Shown in pieces: positions 23,870 to 40,892 of a stretch of DNA of 64,000 nucleotides (position 1 is its first letter; the number at the start of each line of letters is the position of its first letter). The stretch comes from Octopus vulgaris (Eukaryota), in assembly GCA_951406725.2 (NCBI GenBank), contig OX597820.1, positions 68,510,001 through 68,574,000 of the forward strand. The letters run 5' to 3'. Below the pieces are notes generated by a model that saw only the letters and a program-made list of their open reading frames with translations, had not been told where the DNA came from and did no database searches. A program made the position numbers and the translations under genes.

Positions 23870-24017
23870 AATGATGCTGATGACGGTGATGATAAAAAAG
23901 AAGATATTGATGATGATGGTATTGTTCTTGGTGTTGGAGGCGAAGGCGGTGGTAATGTGATGCTGGTGAAGGTACTGTTGGAGAAGATGATATTGATGAT
24001 GATAGTGATGATGATGG

Positions 24018-24049
<32 letters not shown>

Positions 24050-24059
24050 GTGATGATGG

Positions 24060-24123
<64 letters not shown>

Positions 24124-24124
24124 A

Positions 24125-24165
<41 letters not shown>

Positions 24166-25372
24166 AATGAAATGGAGGATGAAGAAGGTGACCATGGTGG
24201 TAGAGTAACGGAAGAGATATCGAAAGAGTAGGAGGGAGAGGAGAAACACAAGAAGAGGAAGAAGAAGGAGGCGGAAAAGAAGAAAAAAATGAAGAAGCAA
24301 GAGAGACTTAAGAAGTGAAAGAAAAAGAAACAGAGGTTGGGAGAGACGTAGCAACAGTAGTAGTAGTGGTGGTAGTAGTAGTAGTGGTGGTGGTGGTGGT
24401 GGTAGTAGTAGTTGTAGTAGTGTAGTAGTAGTTATGCTGGTGGTGGTGATGGAGAAGTAAAAATAAAGACGAAAAGAAGGAAAAGAAGAAAAAAGGAGGA
24501 GAACAAGAAGAAAGAAGAAGAGTAGGAGAATCAGAAGAAGATGGAAGAGAAGAAAAAAGAAAAGAAAAAAGGAAAAGAAAAGGAGGAGGAAGAGAAGAAA
24601 AGAGGAAAAAGAAAAAAGGAACAGAAGAAACGGTGAAAAATAAGAAAATGAAGGAGGAGGAGGGAAAGGAAAAGTAGAAGAAATAGTTGTACAGCAGCAA
24701 TTGTGGTAGCATTAGTTATAGTAATGGTTATAGTAGTAGTAGTATTGAAGACAAGGTAAAGGAGAAGGAGAGATAGGGGAGTAGAAGAAGAAAGAAATAA
24801 GAGAGGAAGTACGGAGAGAAGGATGAGGTAATGAAGAAGTAGCGGTTGCAGTAGTAATTATAGTAGTAGTAGTACTAGTAGGAAAAGGAGGAGGAGGAAG
24901 AGAAGAAAACGAAAAAAAAGAAGAAAATGGAGGTGGAAGAAGAGAAAGAAAATGGAGGAGGAGAAGGAGGGGAGGAAGAAGAAGTAAAGAAAAAAAATGG
25001 AGAAGGGAAAAAGAAAATGAAAGAGGAGGAGAAGAGGAAGGAGAGGAAAAAAGAGAAAGAATATGAAGGAGGAGGAGAAGAGGAAGAAGAGAAGAAAAAG
25101 AAAATGGAAGAGTAAGAGGAGAGGAAGGACGAGAAGAAAAAGAAGTAAGAAGAAAATGAAAGAGGAGCAGGAGAAGTGAGTTAAAAAGAAAATAGAGGAA
25201 AAGGAGAAATGAATAAGAAAAAGAAGAAAATGGAGGAGGAGAAGAAGGAGAAGAAAAAAAAGGAAGCAGAAGAAAAGAAAATGGAGTAGGAGGAGGAGAA
25301 GAAGGAGTAGGAGGAGGAGGAGGAGAAAGGGGAGGAGGAATAGAAGTGGAAGAAGAAGAAGAAGGGGGGGCA
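23870..25372. repeat. Compound trinucleotide and low-complexity block: (GAT)n, (TAG/TGG)n and a long GA-rich purine tract
   Basis: Directly visible. It produces the spurious poly-M, poly-I, poly-S and poly-L ORFs. Confidence 0.9.
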
Positions 25373-25921
25373 CTGGTGGGAAATCTAAATTCTATTAATC
25401 ACTTCCGACAGACGACTTTTTTTTTCTTATTTCTACTTTTTTGCGCTCTTTTCTGTTGATACTTAATAAAATTTTGATCGATAATTCATAATAGGATTAG
25501 CATAGAATGTTAGAACAGAAATATCAACAACAACAATAACAACAATGGCAACAACAATATTTATGGTTTCTGTAATGTGTTGTATTAGTTAATACTATGA
25601 TTGAGAATATTAGTAGTTAATATATTGCAAAATTAACTTATAGATTGTTAATTATTAATGCTAGAATTTAAAAAAAATAAATGAGTTTTCATTTAACATC
25701 TATCATCGTTTTTCTTTAGCGATACAGGTAAATGTGATCATTAAAAGAAGATACAAACAGCGTGAATGTACGGTAGCTAACCTTACACATGATTGATATA
25801 AATATATATTTCTTTAACGACTGTTTACATTTGACGTTCATGAAATCACCAAAGCAGACCAATGGAAAACTGAATTGAATCAAATTTTCATGTAACAACC
25901 TCGTTTTTATATTTAAACTTT

Positions 25922-26522
25922 GTCGGCGAGCTGGCAGAGTAGTTTGTACGCCAGGCATTTTATCCGTCTTTGCGTTCTGACTTCAAATTCGGCGAGATCA
26001 ACTTTGCCTTTCATCTCTTTTAGACTTGATAAAAGAAGTACCAGTTGAGTACTGGGGCTGATTTAATCGTCTAACCCACGGTCCCTAATTTCAGGTTGTA
26101 TGGTATAAAGGATATTCCTTTCTACTCTAGGCACAAGGTCCGAAATTTTAGGGGAGGGGGCTAGTGGATTAAATCGACCCCAGAACGCAACTAGTATTTA
26201 ATTTACCGACCCCTAAATGATGAAAGGCAAAGTCGACCTCGGCGGAATTTGAACTTGGAACGTAAAGACAAACGAAATACCTATTTCTTTACTGTCCACA
26301 AGGGGCTAAACACAGAGAGGACAAACAAAGTCAGACAAACGAATTAAGTCGATTATATCGACCCCAGTGCGTAACTGGTACTTAGGTACTTATTTAATCG
26401 ACCCCGAAAGGATGAAAGGCAAAGTCGAACTCGGCGGAATTGCAATTCAGAACGTAGCGGCAGACGAAATACCGCTAAGCATTTCGTCCGGCGTGCTAAC
26501 GAGTCTGCCAGCTCGCCGCCTT
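25922..26522. mobile_element. Tail-to-tail SINE family B copies (+ 25922-26112; - 26113-26522, the latter with a duplicated body)
   Basis: ggcgagctggcagag... on the plus strand; ...ctgccagctcgccgcc at 26505-26520 marks the head of the minus-strand copy. Confidence 0.8.
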
Positions 26523-26659
26523 GGTATAAAGGATATTAGCTTAAGTTTAATTTGGAACAGTGTGGTTGGTTGAATCAATATCAGATACAGTTTTGAATTG
26601 AATTCCTGAACTGATTCCTAAGCAGCTTCTTTCGTATTTGTAGTAAGTCCAGTGGACTC

Positions 26660-29770
<3,111 letters not shown>

Positions 29771-32291
29771 GTTCACTCAGATTTTGAAATAATGATGCTT
29801 TTTTTTTCTTTAGTTTTAGAGTAAAATTCTTTAGATAATTAGGTTTTAGATGCTAAATAAAATATATTTACATGAGTTTATATATTTTCTGGAGAAAATA
29901 TATAAATTGGGAATCGATAAGTTATAATGTAATTTTGTATGATGTTAACTGGATAAGAGAGAAATATATGCTCTCCTACTGAACATACCAAAAGTCTTTT
30001 ATAGGTGATTCATTGGTTGATTGTTATCGTGCCATTATCTATATTGACAATAGAATTCTATGATTAATATGCTTCGAGAAACAATTATTTAATGCAGTGT
30101 TTCCATTTGTTTATCCGTGTAATCTGAAAACCTTACATATGTTGTATTGCTGCCTACATCTGGACGATTGACAAGTCGGTATTTTCAGGACTAAGCGGTG
30201 CTGGAGATTTTCATAAGTACGAATGGATTTGTTATACATATCTGCCATTAGGGCTTAAATAATCTATTTTGTAACATCAACAAGCCATGTTGAATATAGT
30301 ACAGCCTTTAGGAAGTTCTTCAATTTAAGAATCCGTCTAAAGATTGTAAATTTAACGGAAGTTCTTTTTCACATCATTAAATATCAATAAACGAAACTAA
30401 CGGGTGCTTTCTTTCAACTGACGCTTTGCTTGAATGGAAAAAAGAATCATATTAATTAAAATTCCCATTGATTAATATGAAACAACATTTTCTGCTTTGA
30501 GGACAACATGGAAAATAATTTTATCTGTTGGCCAAATAAATGTTGTGTAAAAATGACCGAAGTTAAGATTGTTGAGATTGTGTGTCGATCAGGAAGCAGA
30601 CACAGAGACAACATTTTAGTTTGTAGCTCAAGTATAAATTTAGAGATATTGCTGGAAAGAATATTCTTTGTTTCAGGAAGTAGCCATTGAAAATATTGCG
30701 AGTATAATTACGTCAAAGACTAAGACATTAGCAACATTGAATAATATTTACTATTTGCCAATAGATCACGTGGTTATATTCCGAATGGTTTAACAGGGTT
30801 AGCATCAATGTTGGTGACAGTGTGAATTAAAATAAAATTTTAGAAATATGAAAATCTGACGTAAAATGAAATGTTGTACAATTATATTAAATGTGAATTT
30901 TGTGTAATTTTTGTGTAAAATATTAATTCACAGAGGCTGACGCTATTTGAAAGCAAGTAGCACCGATGACCCTTACAATATCATTTTCCAAATATACTAA
31001 TCTATGAGAGAATATAATGAATATCAATAAATACACCTCAGGCATATAATTTTTTTAAAAACCATTCCTCATCTGTTGTCTTTCATCCGGGATGGTTACG
31101 TAACGACACAACCAACAATTCTGCTCACAGAAGCCATTATAGAGAATATAAAGATTAATATGAACGAAAAGGCATTTTTATCATAAGTTAAAAAAAAAAC
31201 ATTTTATATTGTTATTATCAAATGGAAATTTTTCCAATTTGTTCTGAATATTTTGAAATTACAGGATGATGGCATGAGCAGAGATGTTTTAAGAAAAGTC
31301 TCTTCTAAGTAATTATTTTCTATTTCGCAAAAAAGTAAAAATACAATAAACAACAGAGAATGGTGTGAACATTCATTGATTTGCTACATTTAGATTTTCT
31401 TGTCAGAGAGATGGAAAACAATTTTGCAAGATGATAAAATACAGCTCAATTCTGCAATATCTCCAATGATTACAATGACGAATTACAACAGACGAATTAC
31501 GAATTATACTAAACCGGCCAACGAAAAGTCGTCTCCGTGGATGTGAAAACTTAGAAACTGAAAATCTTATCTCTCTCGAACACACAATACCATCTTACAA
31601 AATGGTCGACCACAATAAAGGAGTTTATCAAAGGTGACACGATAGCTTAAAAATAAAAAGGAAACATTGAAGCTGGAAAGAATTTAATCATAGTCTGAAC
31701 AAGAGTTAAGGTGGGTCGCCATTTGTTTTCAGTGAAAACAAATATTGTTTGTTCTGTAATCAAACGATACAATCATACATACTCTGTACTGCGAGTATAA
31801 AAGCTTCAGGAATTGTGGTTGTTCTAGTAAGAATAATTAGTCAAGCTATTCCATTAATAATAGATGTTCCTTTAAAAACACTACAGTCTTAATAATTATC
31901 TATATAGATCTGCTAATGCGAATATCGGCAAAGGAAACTATAGTTTATACTTATTGCTCTCCACTGCTCATAAAAATAGGCAAATGCTTGAACTTTTTCT
32001 GATTTCGTACACACATACAGATTTCAGAATTAATGATTGAACTAAATTGTTTCATTAGTAAATTTTTACTGATTCTATAGTAACTGGTTTTACATGCAAC
32101 ACACGCACGTACTCACGCATACACATGTCCACATACTCGTACATACATAGAAATGGGATCATGTACACACACACGCACACACACACACGCACACACACAC
32201 ACACACACAGATATATATGTATTTATGTATATGTGTGTGTGCGTAAATGTGTGTCTGTGTATTTGTGTGCACGTAGGTAGGTAGAGAAAAA

Positions 32292-32329
<38 letters not shown>

Positions 32330-32563
32330 AGGAGGGGAGAAAGAGAGAAGCAGACAGACAGGGAAAATGAGTACTGGAGGGATAGAAGACTGCACCATTT
32401 GTCAGATGTCATTTGTAGCAACTTAAAATGTGCTCAAGAACACCTCCCTCCAACAATCAAAATAACGCCTTTATGGTCGTGAGCTCAACACATTTATGAC
32501 TCGATCATGCATATATCCGGAGGTGTGTGTGTGTGTGTGTGTGTGAGTATGTGTGTGTATGTT

Positions 32564-32595
<32 letters not shown>

Positions 32596-33069
32596 TGCGC
32601 GCGTCGACCATAAGGACATAATTTTGATTATGATGTCGGTGTTTGTATTTGTGTGTGTTGCATTATATAAATTTAGTAGTAAAGAAATAACTGAATTTAG
32701 ATGTAAGCTGACTTAGAACTGCTCATTGAAGTTTGTAAGCATTTAATTTCACTATGGAAGTTTTACTTTGCTAAACAAAACTCTCTTTGCTTCCTGACAG
32801 CAACAGGTACAACGATACAACAACCAAGCTGTATCGACGTGAGTAGGTCATCTTTCCATGGGATAAATATTTATGACAAGGAAGAGGAGGCATATATATA
32901 CACGCACAAGTTCTTCTTCGAAAAACTGTGCATACATATGCAGATGTATTGTCAACTGTGACCGACTGAAGCTCTTGATTTTCTTTTTGATATCTCACAT
33001 TTTCTGCTTTTCAGCAAGCTAAAGATCATTTTGGTGTACCTGTTTAATTCAAAGTCAGCCTTCATAATC

Positions 33070-33175
33070 TTACATACGTACGTACGTACGTACGTACCTA
33101 CCTACCTACCTACCTACCTACCTACCTACCTACCTACCTACCTACCTACCTACATACATACATACATACATACAT
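33070..33175. repeat. Graded tetranucleotide microsatellite (TACG)n-(TACC)n-(TACA)n
   Basis: Directly visible. Confidence 0.9.
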
Positions 33176-34599
33176 TGATGATGTTTGGAATTCGATTTTG
33201 AGGAAAGACTTCGCTTCAATATTTTCTTATAGCAGCACGGATTTGGATTCTCAGTCCTGCCAGGTGTCTACACGTTTTAAACAAATGTAATAACAGTGAG
33301 TACCTCCTGCATCGGGTGTTCAGTCAGCTTACCATCTACCCTGCTTTCATTCCATCGAGGAGAAACACACGCATACACACACATTTGTACATGTATGCAT
33401 ACAAGCAAATTTCCATCAAATTTGCTTGCACACATGCCCTTCTTCAGCTCCTGTTTATTTGCACTAGAATACAAAAACCCTCTAAATTGTCCATCCGGCT
33501 CCTTTTATGCTATATACGACAATGTCTAATGTAATATCTTTGTAAGTCTGCCAAGTATGGGTTGCGGTGGATTTGAAGCAGTGCGAGTGTTTGTATTGTC
33601 ATTCCATTAGTCGGCCCGGCGAATAAAATTTATTTTAGTGAATGGGAATTTATGCTTATTTACTCAGATATATTAACAACAGGTTGTAAAGCTAGACTTA
33701 AAAGTTGTTCTAAAGTAATGATGTATCCCATACGCAAATTTTTACGTATTTACGCTATGAGTCAGCGCATACCGTTTTTAACATCTGTAGAATGATTAAA
33801 ATAAATGCAGCAATTGAAGAATATCTCAACAATATGCATGCTATGAAGGTACATCAGAATAACATATGTGTATTGAAAGGGTGCTTGAATATAACACGAG
33901 GGAAATATCAGCTAAGATAGAGGAAATTATAAACTGTTTTTATGGCTGCATCTTTTAAAACGAATTTGATATTAGCACATACATTTCTAAGGAAACCATT
34001 TCAATGAAACCATGTATTGCAAATAATACATGTGCTTAAGGATATGTATGCATGTATAGATGTCGTTATGCATGTGTATACCCGTATGTATCTATGTATG
34101 TAACTATGCATCCATATATGTATGCTTATATGTATGTATTCCTGAACTCATGTCAGTCAATTGCCGTCTAAGTGCGGTACTTAATGTATGTATACATACA
34201 TACACATATTGACATACATGCATACATATGTGTGTGTGTGACTGTCTGTATCTATGTATGTATATTTCTATATACATACATAAGACAGCCAGATCTAGAG
34301 AAAAAATTATTGGGTAGGATTTCTCCACAATAAGATAAAGCAAAATATATACAGTTTGATAGTGTCCATTGCTATTCGTCAATATCAGAATCCCTGTTGT
34401 GAATTAGATTGGGGTTTGCACGTGAATTTTTAACCATCGACGATTATTTAGTGGCAGATCTATTTGGACTAAAAAGATATAATACCTGCGACCTGTTCAA
34501 TGTCCAGTGTGTTCGCATGATAGCACTGATGTATGCAGTTTCTTTGGTTTATACATATTAAACCGTCTAAATTCAAAATCCCACAACATCAATATGGGT

Positions 34600-35270
34600 A
34601 TATAATGCTATGGAGCCCTCCAGAAAACAATTTATTTCCACCCTCAGTTCTTTAGGACGTAGAATTTCCACTTAAAAATTGTAACCAGGATTGACATTAT
34701 AAATAATTTCTTAGACCGCTAGCCTATTTCCTATAAAACCTATGAGCCAAACAAAAATGTAACATATGTTAGTAAACTCTATTGATGCCAGCGTATGATA
34801 TTCTAGAGCTTAATTACTAACTTAAACCGTAGAATAAGCACATCTTTCTTCAACTAAAATATTTGAAATGTCATCTCCATATTATAATAAGGCTTTACCG
34901 GATGACAGCTTCACTGATAGCTTCTTTTATAACCCAAAACTTCAACCAGGAACAATAAACATCCAGGTACAATAAACATCTGACTTTTAGAAACTCCGAG
35001 AAGAGAGATAAAACAACCCTCTCGGCATTAATTTGAAGACTTAAAGACACAAAATACAAATACAATATGGTGTGGAAGATCCTTTCTAAGACATCTTATA
35101 TCAACGGGTCCAAAAATATTCCTTACCATCGCTTAAAAACACTACTTCTTTAAAACTATCTAAGAAGCTCTAGGAACTGTATAAATATCATAAGCAAGGT
35201 TCGTTCATCATGCTCGCATCTTATAAAGTACATCTTACCACAAATTAAAGATAAGCAACCGGACAGATCA
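34600..35270 (+). pseudogene. Old, deleted Penelope-like element remnant of a different family (thumb and GIY-YIG C-terminal parts)
   Basis: Manual translation gives LNRRIS..IFEMSSPYYNKAL and RYNKHLTFRNSEKRDKTTLSALI*RLKDTKYKYNMVWKILSKTSYINGSK, resembling PLE thumb and endonuclease C-termini. Confidence 0.65.
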
Positions 35271-35517
35271 TAGCCCATTCTAGTAATATTTTCGACGTTT
35301 GTTAAAAAGGGTACGAATAATTGTAGTGTAATTAATTATCCCCGTTTGGACGCTCTCTCTCTTCTTTAAAATACGAGTGTTCATTCAAACCAAGATTACA
35401 TCAGACACAATTTTCAAACCGTCTTGTTGACATTAACAGCTTGAAAAATAGTGAAATACATTTTATATATCAGCCAGGAAACACTAGATAGCTGACGTTC
35501 ACACGGATTGATCCGTA

Positions 35518-35560
<43 letters not shown>

Positions 35561-35599
35561 TCTGTGTGTATGTATGTATATATATATGTGTATATATAT

Positions 35600-36000
35600 G
35601 CCCAGGAGTGGCTGTGTGGTAAATAGATTGGTTACCAACCACATGGTTCCGGGTTCAGTCCTACTGTGTGGCACCTTGGAAAGTGTCTTCTACTACAGCC
35701 TCGGGCCGACCAAAGCCTTGTGAGTGGATTTAGTAGATGGAAACTGCAAGAAGCCCGTAGTATATATGTATATGCATATGTGTGTGTGTGTGTGCTTGTG
35801 TCTGTGTTTGTCCCCCCAACATCGCTTGACAACCGATGCTGGTGTGTTTACGTCCCCGTAACTTAGCGATTCGGCAAAAACGGCCGATAAAATAAGTACT
35901 AGGATCACAAAGAATAAGTCCTGGGGTCGATTTGCTTGACTAAAGGCGGTGCTCCAGCATGGCCAGAGTCAAATGACTGAAACAAGTAAAAGAGTAAAGT
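35600..36000 (+). mobile_element. SINE family A, full length
   Basis: caggagtggctgtgtggtaa...ggttccgggttcagtcc...gactgaaacaagtaaaagag. Confidence 0.88.
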
Positions 36001-36004
36001 AAAT

Positions 36005-36365
36005 GTATTTTGTTGGGTATGATGGGAATTGTCATCTGCCCACAGCCAGCAGACTGAACCTCTGTATGGAAAAGAACGGTAACGACACTCTGCACTTGAC
36101 ATGGGAATCTCCTCTGCTAAGGACCTCACTCCTGGATTCAGTGGAAGACAATCACCTGAAAATGTGAAGAGGTCAATCAAAATTTACTTTGCTCAAATGG
36201 GACAATAAAACCGGCCCAACCACCTGTAAATGTGGCGAAGGAAATCATGCTATGGTGTACCACCATGTCTGCCTTCACCTGCTCAATTCATACAGCTCAG
36301 AAGAGCTTACAGGGTTTAATAAAAATGCTGAGAACTGTGAAAAGAAACGGAAAAATCTGTATTAA
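36005..36365 (+). pseudogene. Non-LTR retrotransposon 3' fragment (Ingi/Vingi-like C-terminus)
   Basis: Manual translation RSKFTLLKWDNKTGPTTCKCGEGNHAMVYHHVC...LY* resembles a C-terminal CxC-x8-H-x3-C knuckle. Confidence 0.4.
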
Positions 36366-36717
36366 TATTTCGCTTTGAAAATCAAAAGATGTTACGTACA
36401 CCCGAATACACATGTACTCACAGACACATATGATACAAATTACAGTGTTAACTACGTTGGAATAGAATACATCGAACAGAACGTTAGAGAATGTGAAACC
36501 AGTAATGAAAACAAATTTGTATGTTAAAACAATATATAAATATCCCGGAACAAGCGTTGCACAAATGTTGAAAAGAAACCGTGGAATAAATCTAGGGTAA
36601 TTATGAAAATTTGGTGTGACAAAGAAAATACCAGCTTCATTTACAAATAACTAACAGAAAACAACGAATAAATACGATATTGGTTAGCTTAAATATCGGT
36701 TGAAACCATTGGTTAAA

Positions 36718-36943
36718 CCTATTTCTTTACTACTCCACAAGGGGATAAACACAGAAGGGACAAGCAAGGACAGACAAACGGGTGATATCGACCCCAGTGC
36801 GTAACTGGTATTTATTTAATCGACCCCGAAAGGATGAAACGCAAAGTCGACCACGGCGGAATTTGAACTCAGAACGTAGCGACAGACGAAATACTGCTGA
36901 GCATTTCGCCAGGCGTGCTAACGATTCTGCCAGCTCACCGCCT
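36718..36943 (-). mobile_element. SINE family B
   Basis: Reverse complement of family B head and body. Confidence 0.82.
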
Positions 36944-38549
36944 TCCATTGGTCAAGCATATTATTTAAGACTATAAACCTTAAATCAATTCCTGATATAA
37001 AAGTGGATGAATAGGGAATTCTTAAAATAAGACGGATGGGTCGCAACTAGAATATCTAAGATCATTGCATCTTTTGTGTCGTAACTTTATTTCCATTTAT
37101 CATTTAACAACATGACAGTACGAAATAGTGAAATGACGATCGAAGAACTAAAGCTTCTATATGTTAGAAAGAGTAAACGCGAGCCTTCAGTCCATCCATA
37201 TTTTGACAAAAGAATATGTCATTTAAAAATTAAGACGGGTGGGTCACAGCTGGAATGTCTTTAATAATAGATCTGCTCTGCAAGAGATCTCTTCAACTCA
37301 TGGAGAGGTACGAAGAAAAGAGTTACAGAGATAAAACGAGAGTAAAAAAAAAAGTGAAAGCAAAATAAAAAAGCAAGGGGAAGGGAGAGCAAAAAATAGA
37401 AAGAAAGAAAATGAACGAGAGAAAAGAAATAAAAAGAAAATTGCAAGTATCATTTTCAAAGTGAAATAAAATTAGGATGTTGAGAGATTGTTCTTTATTC
37501 AGCATCTTCAAAGAACAAAGATAACTTTTTCCCCCTTTTATAGAAACCTGTAAGTTATCTGCCGAATTAAAAACAAATTTCAAATAAAGTAAAAATAAAA
37601 TTTCACTCTAAATATAAAATGAAATGTCGGATTATAAATTATTCTCTTCAACTTCCTCCGGCCAGACGGGATTAGAAACTAAGTTTTCCTTAATATTTAT
37701 TTCTTTATCTTCTTACCTCTTATGACGCATCAGGCAGCTAATTAATTGCTTCGGCATATGGACGAAAGATATAATAGTCATCGTGTTAGGACAACCTTTA
37801 GTAAAGATCAGAAGAGGAAAATAAAAAAAAAAGAACCCAGTAAATTATAGCGTTGGTCATGTTGCTTAACCCCCTACATATCCACCTAAAGTAAGAAACC
37901 AAAAAAAAACAAAACAAAAAACAAAAAAACAAGACTGAATAAAACAAGAAAATTTGGGATTAAGTGTTTACTAAGAAATTTAAATTATAAAAAAAATAGG
38001 GTGTTAACTGTCAGATTAGACAAAACATGGCTCTGTTAAGATTTTTCCTGGTAAAGGCAAAGAAATGTTAGCTACAAAATATTGAGTGATGTCCATGTTG
38101 ATGTGACCTTTATGTGTAGTGAACTCACGCATTTTATTTCTATAATGTTCTTTACTATTTAGAGATGAAGGAAAGTTTTCATATATCTATAAACATTACA
38201 AATACCAAAGTAAATAAGAAAATGTTATAAGTAAACGTCCGATACACGCAATTCAGGTAGCGTTAAATTAAAATAACTGTCTATATACTGTACATAATGT
38301 ATAGACACCGTTGACAGGCCTGTCACAACGGTGTTCGTTCCGAAATAACATCTATTATAGACGTGCAGTTTTAAAAACGCAATAAATATCGAGTTGATTT
38401 TTTATCGTCGTCCGATAGTCATTACTATTTTAACACAGCAAATTCAGAAAACATATCTTTAAATGAATACTGAAGTAATTTCTTATCAACGGTGTATATA
38501 ATTTAAGGATGACACATAGCTGGCTATTAATTTTAGTCCTTTTTCCTTT

Positions 38550-38880
38550 TATTTATTTCACTCATTTGACTGCAGCCATACTGGGGCACTGCTTTCAAGG
38601 ACTTAGTCCAGCAACTCAACTGTAGTAATGTTTCTTTTTAAGCCTTGCACGTATCTTATCGTTTAATTTTGCCAATCCGCTAAGTTACAGCAACGGAAAC
38701 AAACCAACAACAGTTGTCAAGCTGTGATTGGAGACAAACACAAGTATACACACATACACACGCACGCACATGCATACATATCTGCGTATACGACGGGCTT
38801 CTTTCAGTTTTCATCTACCGCATCCACACAAGGCTTTGGTTAGCATGATGCTACAGTAAAATGCACTCGCGCAAGGACTT
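38550..38880 (-). mobile_element. SINE family A, degenerate
   Basis: catttgactgcagccatactggggcactg...cgacgggcttctttcagttt. Confidence 0.7.
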
Positions 38881-39444
38881 TTGTTAGGGAAGAAAATTTG
38901 TTACGATGCGATGTATTTTTATAATGAGGCAATTTTGGGGGTGTTATCGTCATCTTGGATGCGTTGTTCAATCTACATTTCGATCAGTATGAGTTGCATT
39001 CGTGTTATTCGAACAACAGACGTATATTCGTTAAAAATAAAACTTCTAGTCTCAGGTTCTCTCTTTGGTATTGCTTAGGAATATTACATAAACATTAAAT
39101 ATTATGGCGAAAGAGATTTGGCTGCTATTAGTAGAAGGTCGGGTCACTGCGTAAAAGTTCCCTCGCTTGCTCGTAGATACGCATCATGAAATGATGGGTG
39201 TTTATAATTGCTTCCATAATTGTTGATAAGCGGGAAAATGAAAGCAATAGGCTATCAAGAAGCTAGGAAATTTTCCGTTCCTTGGGATTCGACTCTGCGT
39301 TGCTTATTATTTGCAGCTGTTAATAAACTGAGATCGAAACTATATTCATAAATATTATATTCTTTCGAAAATCACGTGGGAAGAAACGTACAGACAGGTT
39401 AAACATTTCCTAAATAGTAATTAAGATATTCAGAGTTCAAAATA

Positions 39445-39658
39445 TTTGTTTCAAATTTTGGCACAATTTCGTGTGGAAAAGGATTAGTTGATAACATCCG
39501 CCCCCTCACCAGTACTCGACTGGTATTTATTTCATCAATACTGAAAGAATGATAGGCAATATCAACCTCGGTGGAATTTGAACTTAGATCATGAAGACGG
39601 ACGGAATGCCGCTAAGCAATTAAACCGGTGTGCTGAGGATTTCGCTAGCTCGCCGCCT
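39445..39658 (-). mobile_element. SINE family B, degenerate
   Basis: ggaatttgaacttag...cgctagctcgccgcc. Confidence 0.7.
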
Positions 39659-39949
39659 AATCAATGTTTAATTCTGAAACGTTTAATTTCTTGATAACCT
39701 ATCAATATGCTTCGAGCTCTATGCTACGTAGGAGTACCTATCATTTTTCTAATTACAAACTTGTCACTTTAATTAGTGAGATAATACTTCAAGAATGACC
39801 TCAACGTATTAATCTAGTGTATTATCTTCTTTGAATAACAAACCAAGACATATGGTATAGTAAAATTAACTCATGATACTATAAAAAATATAAATTAATG
39901 AACAAGAAAAATATGTATATATAGCAAGAATAATTGTGTCAAAGTTCCC

Positions 39950-40275
39950 ACGCTAAGTCTTATTCAGTGAACTCAATCCAGGAAAAAGAACACGTAGTTG
40001 CCCTCTTCGAAGACACGCGGAACAAATCAAAGCAACACTGAAAGCCAGTGGAATTGAGTCTAAATCGTTTGAAATACAAGCTCGATACCGTACCAAGTGG
40101 CGGTGTTCCATCACCATCGGAAGCAATAATTTCGAAACCACCAGAAGAGAATAATGGAAACAAAATCAAACGACAGAAGAGAAAGGCTCGACAAAATCAA
40201 CCTCGTCCTCCACCAACATTGCAATGCAGTGAATGCCATCGACTCTTCTATTCCAGTCATCAACACCATCACAAT
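39950..40275 (+). pseudogene. RTE-clade non-LTR retrotransposon 3' fragment
   Basis: LFSELNPGKRTRSCPLRR..QIKATLK and KRQKRKARQ...CSECHRLF are typical of RTE/BovB-like C-termini. Confidence 0.55.
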
Positions 40276-40688
40276 GAACAAAGCGTTGGGCAAAGAAAAA
40301 AATAAATTCACTGAGGTAAACTAAGCGTTCGGGAAAGAAGAAAATAAATTCACGGAGGGAAAGTCGAGGACGAAAGCGACGGCAGCGACGACGACGACTT
40401 TATCCAGAGTAGTTTTTGAAGCTTTACTAACCGTTAAATAAAACACAGTGGGTTAGCTACTCAAGCGACATGATTTTGACTTCTGTCAATGTCAGAGATC
40501 CTACAAATGAATAAAGTCTTAATAAAAAAATGTACAAATAAATGAATAAACTGAGTAGATAAACGTAAAGAAGGTCGAAAAGATCGACAGATGCATCTGC
40601 AGTCTGTAAAAAAGGTCAGAAAAGTGTGTCGAAAGTCTCAAATAAAGAATATATAAATTAGGTTAAGAGGTGAATAATAATAATAGTA

Positions 40689-40773
<85 letters not shown>

Positions 40774-40799
40774 TAATAATAATGATAATGATGATGATG

Positions 40800-40867
<68 letters not shown>

Positions 40868-40892
40868 TGTAATAATAATAATAATAATAATA

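Noticed and set aside
23340-25373. Long poly-I, poly-S, poly-M and poly-L ORFs (up to 277 aa)
   Set aside because: Artefacts of trinucleotide and GA-rich low-complexity sequence.
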